A stretch of 64,000 nt of DNA from Octopus bimaculoides (GCF_001194135.2 NC_068983.1:25574704-25638703); one strand, 5' to 3'. Shown: positions 40,333 to 55,500, counted from the stretch's first letter. Program-made: numbers and translations. Notes: a model not told the origin generated them from the sequence alone.

Positions 40333-41385
40333 CACACTCATTAACGACGTCAATTGCATCTGCGTTACAGACAGGATGATGTTCAGATTTCAAATTCCGC
40401 AGAGGTCGACTTTGCCTTTCGTTGCACATCGATTTCAGATCTCGTTATGTTGCATTTACAACATCGTGAAATAGGTTCTTTTGTTAATGATTTATGTACA
40501 GAAACAAGTCAGAATTATTGGTACAAAATATATTCACTTTTTCCTTGAAGAAAATATCACACGTCTAATATGAAAGATCAAGGCAGACCTGTATAAGGTC
40601 CCTGATTTTCTCAAAACTTGGCTAAACTGGAATAAAATTTCCATATTTTTGGATTGGAAGAAATAACTGCTGATGTACTCTACATGGCTTTCTCGAGAAT
40701 ATAAAGATTGGAAACAACGTGAATCGATCACGATTTGAGACCAGATTTACTTCCCCAATACTCAGCTTATATTTTGCATTACGACAACAACAGACAATGA
40801 ATTTATATACTACATGTATTTCCTGAGTTGAAAGCAGTTATGAATGCTGCATTCGTCTGCATTCTGTGCTAAGTAGCAAAAAGTGTCTCGTAACTCCTAG
40901 TTGGTGCACTAGAATCCGCTTTATAATGACAGTAATGGTTAAATAGTGTTGAATGAAGTATTACGTAGGTCAACTACCTCATAGCCAGAGTTCATCTTCA
41001 ATGTCAGCAATCTATAAAAATGTTTCTGAAAATACACAATCCATCATTACATTGTTTTTTTTTTTTCCTTCCTTCTAAGATGTTTTGCGCCTAATAATAG
41101 TTTATAAAGAGAAATTCTTCAACGCAAGCGTTTTACAATGTAGAAGGATGCGGTTTGTTATATTTAAAGGCTGTTAGACTATAAATCATTTTCTTTTGTA
41201 TTTAAAAAGTTTATTCATGAGAATGTATAATCGAGCTGTCAGAACGTGTATTCTTACTTTCAATCTATGTAAAAATAAGGTGTGAAAAAGAAGAAAACAT
41301 CAAAAGCACAAACGGAAAGTAAAAGAATAATGTTTGTAAACTACTTAGAACATTGGAAACTATCTCTTGCTTTGTTTCAATTTTA

Positions 41386-42570
41386 TCAGGTCATCCCATA
41401 CGTTCTGTCCGATTTTACCTTTTTAAAATTAAATAAAATTTAATAGTATTTTAGAATGTCTAATGGAATTAAAAATCATTTTTATGCATTTGTGTACATT
41501 TAAATTAATTAAATATTATTTTAGAGAATAATAGAATTAAAATTTCTTTGATGAAAACCCTTCTAACATGGAAGTATCCACAGAGCATTTGAGGCACATA
41601 ATGCTTTACGAGTACAAATAAGGAAACTCTGCAGCCAAAGCGACTCGAAACATACACTCAGTTTATGGGAAAGAATGCTTGAATGAAAGAACTTGCAGAA
41701 GATGGTTTGCAAAATTGAGAAGTGGACATTTCAGCTGTGAAGATGAAGATCGAACAGGGCGTCCAGTTGAGTTTGATGACGAACTCCTTGAGGCATTACT
41801 TGAAGAAAATCCTGCATTATCAATTGAAGAATTAGCAATAAAGCTTAGTTCAAATTCTACAGTTGGTCATCATCATCTTCAACAACTTGGAAAGATTCCT
41901 AAACTTGGAAAATGGGTGCCTCATGAATAGTCTGAAAGCAAATTCCGAGTTGACATCTGCTCTTCTCTCTGTTCTTGCGAAATCATTTCACCCATTCTGG
42001 ATAGACTTGTGATGGTGAGGAAAAATGGATTTTCTATCGAAATGTTAAATGTCGTAAACAGTTGCTTGGTAAAAGGGAAAATGCTTAACCACAACCGAGA
42101 AGGGAATTTCGTGGGAAAAAGATTCTTCTCTCTATCTGGTGGGATTGCAAAGAATAATTCACGTTGAATTGTGACCACCTAATGCAACAATCAATGCTCA
42201 TGTCCACCATCAGCAATTAAAGCGCTTGAACCAAGCTTTGAAGAACAAAAGATCCACTTTAGTGAAGCTAAAAGGATTGATGTTTCATCAGGGCAATGTA
42301 TGACCCCACCCTGCAAAGATCACATCACAGAAGATCGAAGAATTTGGTTGGGAAAATATTCCTCATCCACCTTATTCTCCCGACCTTGATCCTTCAGACT
42401 ACCATTTGTTTTGTAGTTTACAGAATCATTTGAGGGACATAACTTTCGCAAGCCAGGAGGAGATCAAAACTGACATTTCAGAGTTCTCTTTAAAACCAAA
42501 AGAGTTTTACAATGGTAGGATTAAAAAGCGTGTAAATAGATGGAAGGAAGTCATAGATAATCAGGGAAAG
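41386..42570 (+). mobile_element. Mariner (DD34D) transposon pseudogene; left TIR present, right TIR not seen
   Basis: TA|tcaggtcatcccatacgttctgtccgatttt. ATG at 41568 gives MEVSTEHLRHIMLYEY...NERTCRRWFAKLRSG...GKWVPHE, EKWIFY, HPPYSPDLDPSDYHLF. 34 residues between the second (D to G) and third catalytic positions. Several stops and frameshifts. Confidence 0.9.
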
Positions 42571-44550
42571 CAGCCTTATGAATACAGAATATTACAACCC
42601 AAGTGCAAAGGAGTTAAAGCTTTCTATTCAGATTGTGCGAAATAATCATAAAATAGACACATCATTTCAATAATTTTATAGAGATGATAGAATTAGGACA
42701 ATATTTTAACGAAAACACCAAAATTTAATTCGAAGGAAATCAATATCTTTGAAATCTGCATCCTTGTAGTATTGGACAAACGCTTGTTTGTGAAAGTTGT
42801 CTTATACTATTGATCATATGATTCAGATAAGCTTATTAAAATGACCACATTGCTAAAATAAACTTTTACGAACACAATTTATGAACAAATCTTCGGCTGA
42901 TGATAGAGATATATCTGAAGATTCACAATTTACAAATGAAATAAAACTCAACAGAAATTGTTTGAGAATTGCCTAAATTATGAAACAACAGATATACTAC
43001 AATTCCCTGAAATGTAATTTCTGGTACTATTCTTTCAATATATATGTAGTATCCATCTAATTTGCTACCAACTTATAACACAGTGTATAAGTATGGCTAT
43101 AAGATAAAATACACCGATGTCTACGTGTTACTAACTTTGAGAAATAAAAATATGTGAAACTCTCTAAAACGTAAGTTCACTTATTCTTCGCAGGTAGCTA
43201 AAGATTAGCCAATCACTCAATCTGTAAATAAAATCTATCTATCTATCTATCTATCTATCTATATCGCTGTCTCTGTATATANNNNNNNNNNNNNNNNNNN
43301 NNNNNNNNNNNNNNNNNNNNNNNNNNNNNNNNNNNNNNNNNNNNNNNNNNNNNNNNNNNNNNNNNNNNNNNNNNNNNNNNNNNNNNNNNNNNNNNNNNNN
43401 NNNNNNNNNNNNNNNNNNNNNNNNNNNNNNNNNNNNNNNNNNNNNNNNNNNNNNNNNNNNNNNNNNNNNNNNNNNNNNNNNNNNNNNNNNNNNNNNNNNN
43501 NNNNNNNNNNNNNNNNNNNNNNNNNNNNNNNNNNNNNNNNNNNNNNNNNNNNNNNNNNNNNNNNNNNNNNNNNNNNNNNNNNNNNNNNNNNNNNNNNNNN
43601 NNNNNNNNNNNNNNNNNNNNNNNNNNNNNNNNNNNNNNNNNNNNNNNNNNNNNNNNNNNNNNNNNNNNNNNNNNNNNNNNNNNNNNNNNNNNNNNNNNNN
43701 NNNNNNNNNNNNNNNNNNNNNNNNNNNNNNNNNNNNNNNNNNNNNNNNNNNNNNNNNNNNNNNNNNNNNNNNNNNNNNNNNNNNNNNNNNNNNNNNNNNN
43801 NNNNNNNNNNNNNNNNNNNNNNNNNNNNNNNNNNNNNNNNNNNNNNNNNNNNNNNNNNNNNNNNNNNNNNNNNNNNNNNNNNNNNNNNNNNNNNNNNNNN
43901 NNGTGTGTGTGTGTGTGTATGCAAATACCTCTATACTCACACCAATCAGTTTCTCTATCACTTTTTCACAGTATGCCGACTAGGTATGCCAGTATGCCGA
44001 CTTCTCTCTTTATGTGTACTTGTGTGTGTGTGTGTGTTTGTGTGTGTACGTGTGTGAGTGTGTTTGTGTGTGCGCGTGCGGCGTTTATGTTGCACCCCCT
44101 AATGCAGTAAAGATTGCGTTTCGTCAGGGCTGTGGCAGTTCGTTAGTTTAGTGTTGCATTCGCCTCAAATTACCTCAAAGTACCTCTTCTTAGACTGAGT
44201 TATAATTTAATATCAGAAGACACTAGGGCACGTGTACAGACAATATGTTTAACTTCAAATCAGAGTACGTCTTCTTATGGAAGATAAGGAACTTACGTAG
44301 TCATTGAAATTACACTACGATGTTACACTTTACCTTACCATGCAAATTTGTCATCACACCTAGAATTAATGACTATGCGATTGCAGTCAGTATACATATG
44401 AAAGTCTCCGCGTGATCTCTTTATGAACTTCTGGAGATAATATCGAAAGTAGTAATTTTTGTAGCTTCACATTTTCGCTTAAATCAGAAAACCTAGTGTT
44501 GTCCATGATCGGTGAACATGTGTGTATATGTGTGCGCATGCGTGTATCTA

Positions 44551-44581
<31 letters not shown>

Positions 44582-44820
44582 ATCTATCTATATTTATTTA
44601 TTTATTCATTCATCTATCTAGTCACCTNNNNNNNNNNNNNNNNNNNNNNNNNNNNNNNNNNNNNNNNNNNNNNNNNNNNNNNNNNNNNNNNNNNNNNNNN
44701 NNNNNNNNNNNNNNNNNNNNNNNNNNNNNNNNNNNNNNNNNNNNNNNNNNNNNNNNNNNNNNNNNNNNNNNNNNNNNNNNNNNNNNNNNNNNNNNNNNNN
44801 NNNNNNNNNNNNNNNNNNNN

Positions 44821-44859
<39 letters not shown>

Positions 44860-45590
44860 AATAGTAGAAGAAGAAATGGCAAATTCTTGGAACAGTAATA
44901 TGCATCTGAAAAAATGAATAGAAATAGCTTTTGTGATAATTTTCCCATTTTAATAATTAGATATTTATATGAATGATCAGAAAAGACGTTTCCATTCAGT
45001 TTTTTTTTCAGTACACACACACTCACCCAGATACATTCACACGCACGCACACACATATATTTAATTTACATATGTATTACTAATTTTGAATCAGTTCCAA
45101 TATTATGATTTCTGCCGAAAGAAGTTCAATGCCTGTAAGACCGTTGCTTTGCAAATACTGTTCACACAATATCAATATTAAGTAATGAGATTAAGAGCAA
45201 CGTTTCATGAATTATATTAACATTTACATATAGAAACAGATTTGAGCAGTGTGAAACAAGTATACATTCATAAACACTTGTGTACACACAGAAATTTTGA
45301 TGTAATCACATACATACATAAGTATATACAGAGTCACAAAATATAAAATTTTAAATACCTATTTCCTTATAGGAATTGAAAAGTAAATTAAATATAAGTT
45401 TGCAAAGGGAAGTGCTCAAGTAAAAGTTAAGGCAAAAGACAAATTTAGTGGTTAAAGGACATTATTGTTCATACAACTTCGAATCATCCCCATACATTTA
45501 GACTATAGAATATAAATGTATGTTAAAATACCGGAGCCATAATAACGAAGGATTAACAGAACGGGAAACCTTACTGATCAAGAAATATTT

Positions 45591-45675
45591 CTGCCCTGAT
45601 GAAGGGGCCATTGACGATTCGGTGTTTTAATGTGTACTGGATTTAGGCAGTGGCTCTTGAAACGGCCGTAGATAC
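45591..45675 (+). ncRNA. Minimal type-I hammerhead ribozyme motif at a Penelope-like element 3' end
   Basis: CTGATGA (45596-45602); 11-bp stem II aggggccattg/cagtggctctt (3 G-U pairs); GAAAC-GGCC-GT-A (45659-45670) with palindromic loop III. Stem I only weakly paired. Upstream frame ...RETLLIKKY resembles a GIY-YIG C-terminus. Confidence 0.6.
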
Positions 45676-45862
45676 GGATTTATTCTTGCATCATTCTCGA
45701 TTCCTTTTCCTTTTTGACTTGATGATTGATGGTTTCCCGGATTAACTTTACATTTAATAGCCTAACAATATTATCTTTAGTCACCTCGCTATATACATTC
45801 ATATTTTCTTCATATATTTTTATCTTCATACGCTTTTTTACAGGTTTTCACACGCCCTTTTC

Positions 45863-45914
<52 letters not shown>

Positions 45915-47599
45915 ATTTTATGCCTTCGGGTTTTGTGTGCTAAACACCCCGGTATTTTAATAAGATTTTATATTCTATGGTGAGAATATATAGGGGTGAT
46001 TGAAAGTTGTATGTCCAACTCTGCTGTTTGTTTTTTAACCACTAAGTTATATTTGAAATAGAAATATATATACATACATAGATACAAACATACACCCCCA
46101 CATATATAAATATATGTGTGCATATACACATATACACACATACGCGCACGCGAGGCCGAGTATAGACACTTGTATGCGTTATGACGTGGTACACTGTGCC
46201 AAATATTTCTACTAGAATCTCATTTTAAAAACTGTTCCAAATTATTGTTGGAGTATCCACTTAAGTGGAGTCTAAACCAGCTAGATGGTACTGGCATCGA
46301 TTCGTATAAGTTGGATGAATGAAGTCAAATCAAATAGTGCTATTCTGAAATCATTTAATTTCTGTGCAATATATAATAATATGTGCATCCATTACATAAG
46401 ACCTTCCAAGATAACACATTTCAAGACATTTTGATTCGTGAGTATTGATGTAAAGAATGTATATTAATTTAAATATCTTGCAGGGTCCTCTTACTTCCGT
46501 TCCAATATATGAGGCACTTATCAAAGAATCCTTTCCAGTTACCTTTTAGATAGGCTTAGAAATGTTGTTCAATAGTATATGTACTGTGCACGACCTCATA
46601 GTGTATATGTCTGTGTGCGCACGCACGCGTATGCATGTGTGTGTATATATGAATACACACATATATGTATATATATATATATATATATNNNNNNNNNNNN
46701 NNNNNNNNNNNNNNNNNNNNNNNNNNNNNNNNNNNNNNNNNNNNNNNNNNNNNNNNNNNNNNNNNNNNNNNNNNNNNNNNNNNNNNNNNNNNNNNNNNNN
46801 NNNNNNNNNNNNNNNNNNNNNNNNNNNNNNNNNNNNNNNNNNNNNNNNNNNNNNNNNNNNNNNNNNNNNNNNNNNNNNNNNNNNNNNNNNNNNNNNNNNN
46901 NNNNNNNNNNNNNNNNNNNNNNNNNNNNNNNNNNNNNNNNNNNNNNNNNNNNNNNNNNNNNNNNNNNNNNNNNNNNNNNNNNNNNNNNNNNNNNNNNNNN
47001 NNNNNNNNNNNNNNNNNNNNNNNNNNNNNNNNNNNNNNNNNNNNNNNNNNNNNNNNNNNNNNNNNNNNNNNNNNNNNNNNNNNNNNNNNNNNNNNNNNNN
47101 NNNNNNNNNNNNNNNNNNNNNNNNNNNNNNNNNNNNNNNNNNNNNNNNNNNNNNNNNNNNNNNNNNNNNNNNNNNNNNNNNNNNNNNNNNNNNNNNNNNN
47201 NNNNNNNNNNNNNNNNNNNNNNNNNNNNNNNNNNNNNNNNNNNNNNNNNNNNNNNNNNNNNNNNNNNNNNNNNNNNNNNNNNNNNNNNNNNNNNNNNNNN
47301 NNNNNNNNNNNNNNNNNNNNNNNNNNNNNNNNNNNNNNNNNNNNNNNNNNNNNNNNNNNNNNNNNNNNNNNNNNNNNNNNNNNNNNNNNNNNNNNNNNNN
47401 NNNNNNNNNNNNNNNNNNNNNNNNNNNNNNNNNNNNNNNNNNNNNNNNNNNNNNNNNNNNNNNNNNNNNNNNNNNNNNNNNNNNNNNNNNNNNNNNNNNN
47501 NNNNNNNNNNNNNNNNNNNNNNNNNNNNNNNNNNNNNNNNNNNNNNNNNNNNNNNNNNNNNNNNNNNNNNNNNNNNNNNNNNNNNNNNNNNNNNNNNNN

Positions 47600-47641
<42 letters not shown>

Positions 47642-47719
47642 GAGATAAATAAATAGGTAGATAAATATCCAGCAACGTAACTAGTTCTAACATTTCTATA
47701 CGGATGCAAATAGTAATTC

Positions 47720-48271
47720 TACCACCTTAACGAGATTGTTCCATACAGAACAGTGTTATTATTCTTTTTGGCCCCAGGATCACATCTCCACCAGCTAGTT
47801 AACGGCGCACCATATGTGTCCATTATATTGTACACAAATGAGCGAATAACTACCGTCAGTAGAGTTACTTCTTGCATCTGGTATAGAAATTTTAGCACTA
47901 GCTGCTTTGCTGGATGTCGGATCAGATCAGTGGCTGTGTGGCACTTATTTAATTATATACTGCAAACTAGGACGAATGACTACCATGTCTAGCAGACATG
48001 TATCGCCATTAACGACGAAGGGTTATACCCACAAACTAGCTAGTCTCTTGGTTCCTGTCACCGCTAGTTGGGATTTGTTCGCTCCCTTGTTTGCAATATA
48101 AGGAACCGATAGTGTGACGTTAACCAGCTGGAAGAGATGTCTTTCTGGGATTGAAAAGAGTAGTAACAGTGTTCTGAATGGAACAACATCGTTGAGGTTA
48201 TAACAACCGTTACTTTATAGACAGATAGATAAACCGATAGATATATAGACAGGCAGACAGACTGATAGACT

Positions 48272-48321
<50 letters not shown>

Positions 48322-48460
48322 GAGAGAAATAGAGATATTTCCTTCCAAGTATCCCATTATTAGTGTTTCAAACACCGGTGCTACTTTCGTCCATGTTGCT
48401 GCACCTTGTATTCTCAGGGAGTAAAAGTTTTCAAAGTAGTTGTTTCCCAGCACCATACGT
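47720..48460 (-). mobile_element. Penelope-like element RT remnant interrupted by (ATAG)n
   Basis: [38 protein letters not shown] resembles the PLE RT motif LxNNYF...QxxGTAMGTKxAPxYAxLxMGYLE. The downstream part is heavily degenerate. Confidence 0.6.
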
Positions 48461-48595
48461 AACCTTTATGAATGAACTATTTTGGTTGTTTCTCTATCAT
48501 TCAAGAATTCTACTGTTCGTAATTGCAACCACTGCGACTGTACCTCAAGTAAATTTTACAAAACTTTTATACAAACACACACATGCTCACACACA

Positions 48596-48626
<31 letters not shown>

Positions 48627-48668
48627 GCACACACACACACACACACATACACACACACACACACATAC

Positions 48669-48753
<85 letters not shown>

Positions 48754-49032
48754 TATGTATACGCAGTTAGCTTGTTGGTTTGGTTGGTTAGTTGGTTGGT
48801 AGCTCTCCGTCAATCAACAATGAAGATCAAGTTGTTTGCTCAACTAAATTACCTGTACCTGACTACGTATAGTTGAGGATTTCACATGCAATGTACACTT
48901 AAATTAATTTCCTTTTAAAATCCGTTTCAGTAAGTTTGTAATAAAGTGATTTATAAAATACAGAAAAATTCCTCCGAAGAGCCTTTATCTGACAAGATAT
49001 CAATAGTTTTAACAATAAATTATATTTATTTC

Positions 49033-49222
49033 AGGGCTCTCAGGTTTGATGCTTGATTGTGACATCGAACCTGAGAGATGGTGGTTACAAACATAACGAT
49101 GGAAGTGATGACTACTGGTTTCTGGATTCAAATTGCAACGTCTCAATTTGGTCAGTATTTACCATATTTTCAGGTTGTAAATGTGAATTCTAGTTTTTAG
49201 TCAGAAATTGTATGAGAGCCCT
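49033..49222. mobile_element. Possible short MITE with 10-bp TIRs and an internal hairpin
   Basis: agggctctca (49033-49042) and tgagagccct (49213-49222). Internal 15-bp stem ctctcaggtttgatg/catcgaacctgagag. No clear target site duplication. Confidence 0.35.
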
Positions 49223-50912
49223 CAAATTTTATATATATCTATTCATACATATGTATACAAACATATATATGTATTTTCCACAGCATGAGTGTATATGTGT
49301 ACATGTGAATCTGAAGTCATGCCGTATATATATCTTCTTTAGTGTCCTATATCATATGATTTCGACAAATAGGAATAGTTAGATGAATACTAGACGGAAA
49401 CAAATACTTAATTTGTCATGAGTGATCAAAATCCTCGAGACGACGTCCCACAATACTCATGAGAAAGTGATCTGCTATCCAATATGAGCATATGTATTAA
49501 TTGCTCATTAGAAACTAATTTTTATTATTTAAACAATTCCGACATCATAACGATATTAGAGCAAATGATGCTCTTATATATAGATGGCAATCTATAGCGT
49601 ATCATTAATATTCTCTTAGGTAAGTTGTCCCTTTCTCAATATGCATTAGCAAGCTTGTATTGCATTGCATATGTGGTTGTCAAAACAACGTAATTTGGAG
49701 GAATGTATAATCGTTTAAATATGTCCTAAATGTAGATCCTTACATAATTCAACGACCAGTTAGGTATAAAATACGAATTTCTCAAGCATAAGTAAACTTA
49801 ATAGGCAAAAAGTCTGGAATGCAATTGTGTTTACAGGCTAGGCACACGCCTTTAATATACACCAGTCCATGTTGTATTAAAATATGAACTACAATGGACT
49901 GTTGAAATTGAATTATATTATTATACATTATGTAGCAAGCTCTTTCATCATCACACCTATTAATTAAGACTACATATTTATTGCTTGAATATATATTTAA
50001 AACTATTTGTAATCTATTCCAATTTCATTTGAGATGATAACCACAGTAGTAAATGTGACGCTTTTACATTCCTGCTTACATCTGGAACTAAACCGTTGTC
50101 CAAATAATGACACATCAGATTATATGCAAACAATTTAAAATTATTTCCAATAGTTATGATCTCTTACAAATAAAGATTAATGCTTTTAATATCCTTGATT
50201 TACAATTTTTTCACGCATACCTCAGTTCTTGCAGAACTTGAAATGAAAATCTAAAATTACATAAGTAACCATTACCTATTGTTATGTTCATCGCTATATC
50301 TAGTTTGCTAGCCAGTATTGTAAAGTTTTATTATTACAAAGAATGGAAGAATGCTCAAAATATTTTATCGTTAAATCAATTAGACCAGTGGGGTTTTTTC
50401 CACTACTTTTATGTCCTGAGCTCAAATTCTTTCCATGGTCGGCATTGAATTCGTCCATGCGCGATGAATAAAATAATGTGACAGTTATGCACCGGTTCGA
50501 CGTAATAAACTACCCAACTCTGTCAATTCGGGAGAGCGAAAGCCAAATATGTTAATTTAACATCTATTTTATGTTCCTGATTCGAATCAAATTGTGTTCC
50601 TGATTCGAATCAAATAAGAAGACCTTGCAAAATACTAGTATTGGCATACTACACTGTTTTCTCACAAGAACGTTATCATTTTCTGCAGGAATTAGAAATA
50701 TTCATTTTCAATTTTGGTACAAATTTAGGAATTTCTGGGTGGGAAGGCGTAAGTCGATTACAGCGACACTAGTGTTCAACTGATACTTATTTTATCAACT
50801 ACAAAATGATGGAAGTCAAATCAACTTCGGCGGAATTTGAACACGCTAGGCGAAGATGAACAAAAAGCATTTTGCCTGTGGCGTGTTAACGATTCTAGTG
50901 CTAACGATTCTA

Positions 50913-50945
<33 letters not shown>

Positions 50946-53019
50946 TATATTTATATATATATATATATAAACACTAGAATAAAACTTCTTCCGAAAAGAG
51001 GTTAGCAACATCCTGATAAAAGATTTCTTAACATTTTTTTGAAAGATAATTAAAAAACAAAAAATATCCCCTTTACACTTCAAAATTGTGTTAAGTAACC
51101 GTCACAGACTTCTAAATGTATTTGAGTATGTGTCTGTTATTATGTTACTATGTGTGCATCGAGAATGGCTCTATGATGCGTGGCTAACTAGTGGGTTCCG
51201 CACACCAATAACCACAGTTAAACAACGCGGAGCATCAATCCGGTGTTAGGCTAATATATAAAAGTATTTCCCATCTCCTTATCTCCACACAGACACACAC
51301 ATACACATACATGCAGACACACACACACACACAGCCACGCACACATATAGGCATATACGAATATTTTTTAAAAATATATAAGTTTTTCCGTCCACAATTT
51401 CTCCTCACACTCTGTCTTTGTAATCTATGCTCTCTCGTAAGTAAAAATTGATTACGTCTCTCGTAGTAGTAACATATTTGATAAGGTTCACGAGAACATT
51501 TAACTCAATATAAAGAGGTCAATGAAATGTTGCTGATAAAATGATGTTTCTTTTGTTAAATATATTACAATTAAATATTGATAATACTGCATGTCACTAG
51601 GGTGTGCATGCATTACAAGCACTTCTGGAGATAAACGCATGTTCAATATTTGTTGAAATATTACCTCGTTATAAAATATATTTCAGCGTCTGCAAATTAA
51701 TGATTATTACAACCTATTTGCTTAGATATTCAATAAACATAATTTTTTAAAAATATTTCTATCTACGAAAATACAGGATTCGTTTATATAGATTTAAATG
51801 TTTCTTACGGAATATATTTTAACTATAATTTTGACTTAATTTATCAACTCCACGAACCACATAATTTGCCTCTGGGCAAATTATATAATGAAGTAATACA
51901 TAATTTTAAAATGTTTTCATTATATGTAGGCTCATTTCAAAACCAAATTGACAAATTCTGTTTGACTGATTATCATACAATGCATGAAGGAGCATTGCGT
52001 AATGGTTCTTGCTTTCGAATATTTCATTTCATATATCCATATAACTACAGATATACCTACAGACACACACACATGTATATATATTTATATCTGAAAACGT
52101 ATATTTTACTTTACAATTATATCAAAGCTGCGATAAGAAACTTCTTAGTGCACGAGATTTAACTTTTAAGATGGTATATGATGAACGTTCACGCTCAGTT
52201 TCGAAGGTATCGATATTGATTTATTCGTTCCTCAGATCAGGTGTGGTAAATTAAAACTTATTCCTTGATTTATTAAATACACTACACTTTTTCCTAAAAA
52301 TATACTCCTTTATTCCAAACGGAAAATTCTTAACTTTATAACCATAGAATGAGCCCCGTTTTAAAGTAAAATTAAAGACATGTTATTTTCCATAGATTAA
52401 CATTGTAAAATACTATGGAGACATAACATCCTTAAAACCGTGTTGAGTGATGTGAATTTTAATACTGATGTAAAAATAGTGTTCTCTCTTCAATGTTATT
52501 CAATACATTTCCCTGCTACCGTTTACCAAATGCAGTTAAAATATTATAATTAATAATAAATGATCTTTGTTAAGCGCAATGGTGAATAATTGTGAGAACT
52601 GCATTGCTTTAAATAAACTCCAAATTTATTTTTCCTGTCAATAATTTATATATTCGTTCTGTTGCTGATTGGTTAAAATATTTCATCATCCTCAAAGCAA
52701 AGTAGCATTAGTCAGAATAGACAATTACATAAATTGTGGATTCATAAATTTCTTAAAAGATTTGAGATTCGGTACTAAACATAAATGGGGAACATTAATT
52801 GCAAGGTCAGCGTCTAACCTTTACTTCATTCTCGCTACAATATAAGCTAATGTTAGAATCTACGACCGATATCGGATTATAAGTTCAGTTATTATTGTTT
52901 AAAAATCTACAGATTTGTCTTCCAGTTTTCTACATCTATTCTGGAAAGGTGTCTCGCGCGCATGTCTTGCCCGTCGTTTTCAAATCAATTTTTTCTTCAC
53001 TACTCCATCCCTCTTTTTT

Positions 53020-53095
<76 letters not shown>

Positions 53096-53959
53096 GCATA
53101 TACACATATAACCAACATATTCGCTGGTCGAATATTTATTATAACGATCTTGGACAGGTGGAGTTATATTATAAAGAACTATGCGATACGAATACGGAAA
53201 GGAAATCATTTATATGCACACAAATACAGACACACAGACACTCACATACACACGCACACGCGCGTACACACCAATGTATACGCATATATATATATAATTT
53301 GAGTGGAGACAATACGAGCGAAAACTAGAGGGACATGGCCGATTATACAGCAGAATATTCAATATATATGCACACTTATTTCGACATTAATAAAGCGGCA
53401 CAAAGCTCAACCTAACAGAAGTATTAATAATATACAAGCATATAGACATATACATATTTTTATAAGCCCGCAAATATCTAAAAATATTTTAAAACATTTA
53501 TAAATACATAGGCTTTTTAAAAAATATACAAATAAAATAAGTACAAAATATACACATAATAAGATTTAAAAACGTCGATATTATATAAAACATAGTGAGT
53601 TATAAGTTCACACGATATACTATATAGGAATAAATATTTAGAGCTCAGGATACAAGCATATAGAATATTCAAAAACACTTAGATATTTAAAAATGTATAA
53701 AAAAAGCATTTATAAATACATTGGCATTTTAAAATAGAAGAAGTTTATATGAAATAAGATATAGTAAATTATTTCAATTTAGAACACGAAGCGTGTGGAT
53801 AGTAGAAAGTCAGACATTTTACAGCCTTAAACGGACATATTAAAATTAGTGACAATGTTAAATGGATCCACAAGTTTCATCGACGATGAAACTTGTATAC
53901 GGTTAAATATTATTGGGAAGGCTTTATTATACACACTGAATTCATGTATACATGCATGC

Positions 53960-54000
<41 letters not shown>

Positions 54001-55029
54001 CTCAGCAGCGCCGCCTGGCTATATATATATATATATATATATGATTTTGCATATCTAAGTACACACACAAATACATGGTCATTTCTGCTATGAACAGAAG
54101 ACAGCAAATTTTGTGGGAGAGGGATAGTCGATTACATCAACCCTATTACTTAACAAGTAATTATTTCATAATCTTCTACAAGGAAGAAGACTATATAAAT
54201 GTCCAACAGTGTGTGAAATATATCGTCATTATATTCTATGCTGTTCTTTTATGTTTTGTATAATACATATTGGCAAACATTGTTAAAGATTACCAACGTA
54301 TTATTACGTATAACATTTCGTTCAATGATTTCAGTTTATACATTATTTCATTAAGTTTCTGTAAAATCATTGATATTCCAACAGTTTTCCATTCCATTTA
54401 GCAACAGCATTTACTTAATGGAATATATTATTTAAGATCAAAGACATTTAGAAATACTGTAACGCGTTTAGGGCACATTATTCAGTAGATACTTCATATA
54501 AGCTACAGACCTTTGAATCAGACTACTAAATTGGGTAACTGATTAATATACCATTGAAAAATATTGCATACATCAAACATATCCATGATTAAAACAATCT
54601 CTTCTCAGCAGGCATAAGTTCGATAGCCAAATATTTTCGCAACAATATTATTCATATACCAGTTATTCGATTAAACTTGATATTAACCTTTTAACATCAT
54701 CATAAACTAACGCTTACTGTTGTGCTCCTATAATCAGTTAAGCTTTTAAATGTCAATGGACATCGTTTTTCAAACACTCAGTAAATTATACAAAAACACG
54801 AATCACAGAAACGTTCAAAATAATTTTTCATACGAAATCATTCACAAATATATCATTACAAATATAACTTATATTGATTATACTTTAATTGAATATTTCA
54901 CAACCAATGTTATATGCAACTCACTTTACAGACTACATAAAATAAAATTTAATCTTTGTGACATTTCCTCGTTTTCACACTGATAAATATTTATGCATAT
55001 TTTGTGGGCTTATTAAAAATAATTTATCT

Positions 55030-55031
55030 CG

Positions 55032-55077
<46 letters not shown>

Positions 55078-55078
55078 G

Positions 55079-55147
<69 letters not shown>

Positions 55148-55295
55148 TCATCTGTTCATGAAAACTCACACACATACACACGTGTGTGTATCTAACGTAG
55201 GTTTTTGTATCTATACATAGGTATGTATATATGTATTTATGTATATATGTATGTATGTTTATATGTATGTACGTATTTACGTATGAATGTATGTA

Positions 55296-55374
<79 letters not shown>

Positions 55375-55500
55375 GTATATAGATATATATGTATGTGTAT
55401 ACATATATACATACGCACACACACATATATATATATATATGTGTGTGTATGTGTGTGTGTGTGTGTGTATGTATGAATGAGTGTGTGTTGTGTCTGTTTG
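55030..55500. repeat. Compound microsatellite (TATC)n-(TATG)n-(TA)n-(GT)n, representative of dozens in the window
   Basis: Direct reading. Similar arrays occur at about 40-135, 8340-8490, 8800-9050, 11000-11420, 15300-15800, 17050-17230, 48220-48760, 53020-53110 and 58540-58690, and flank most N-gaps. Confidence 0.95.
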
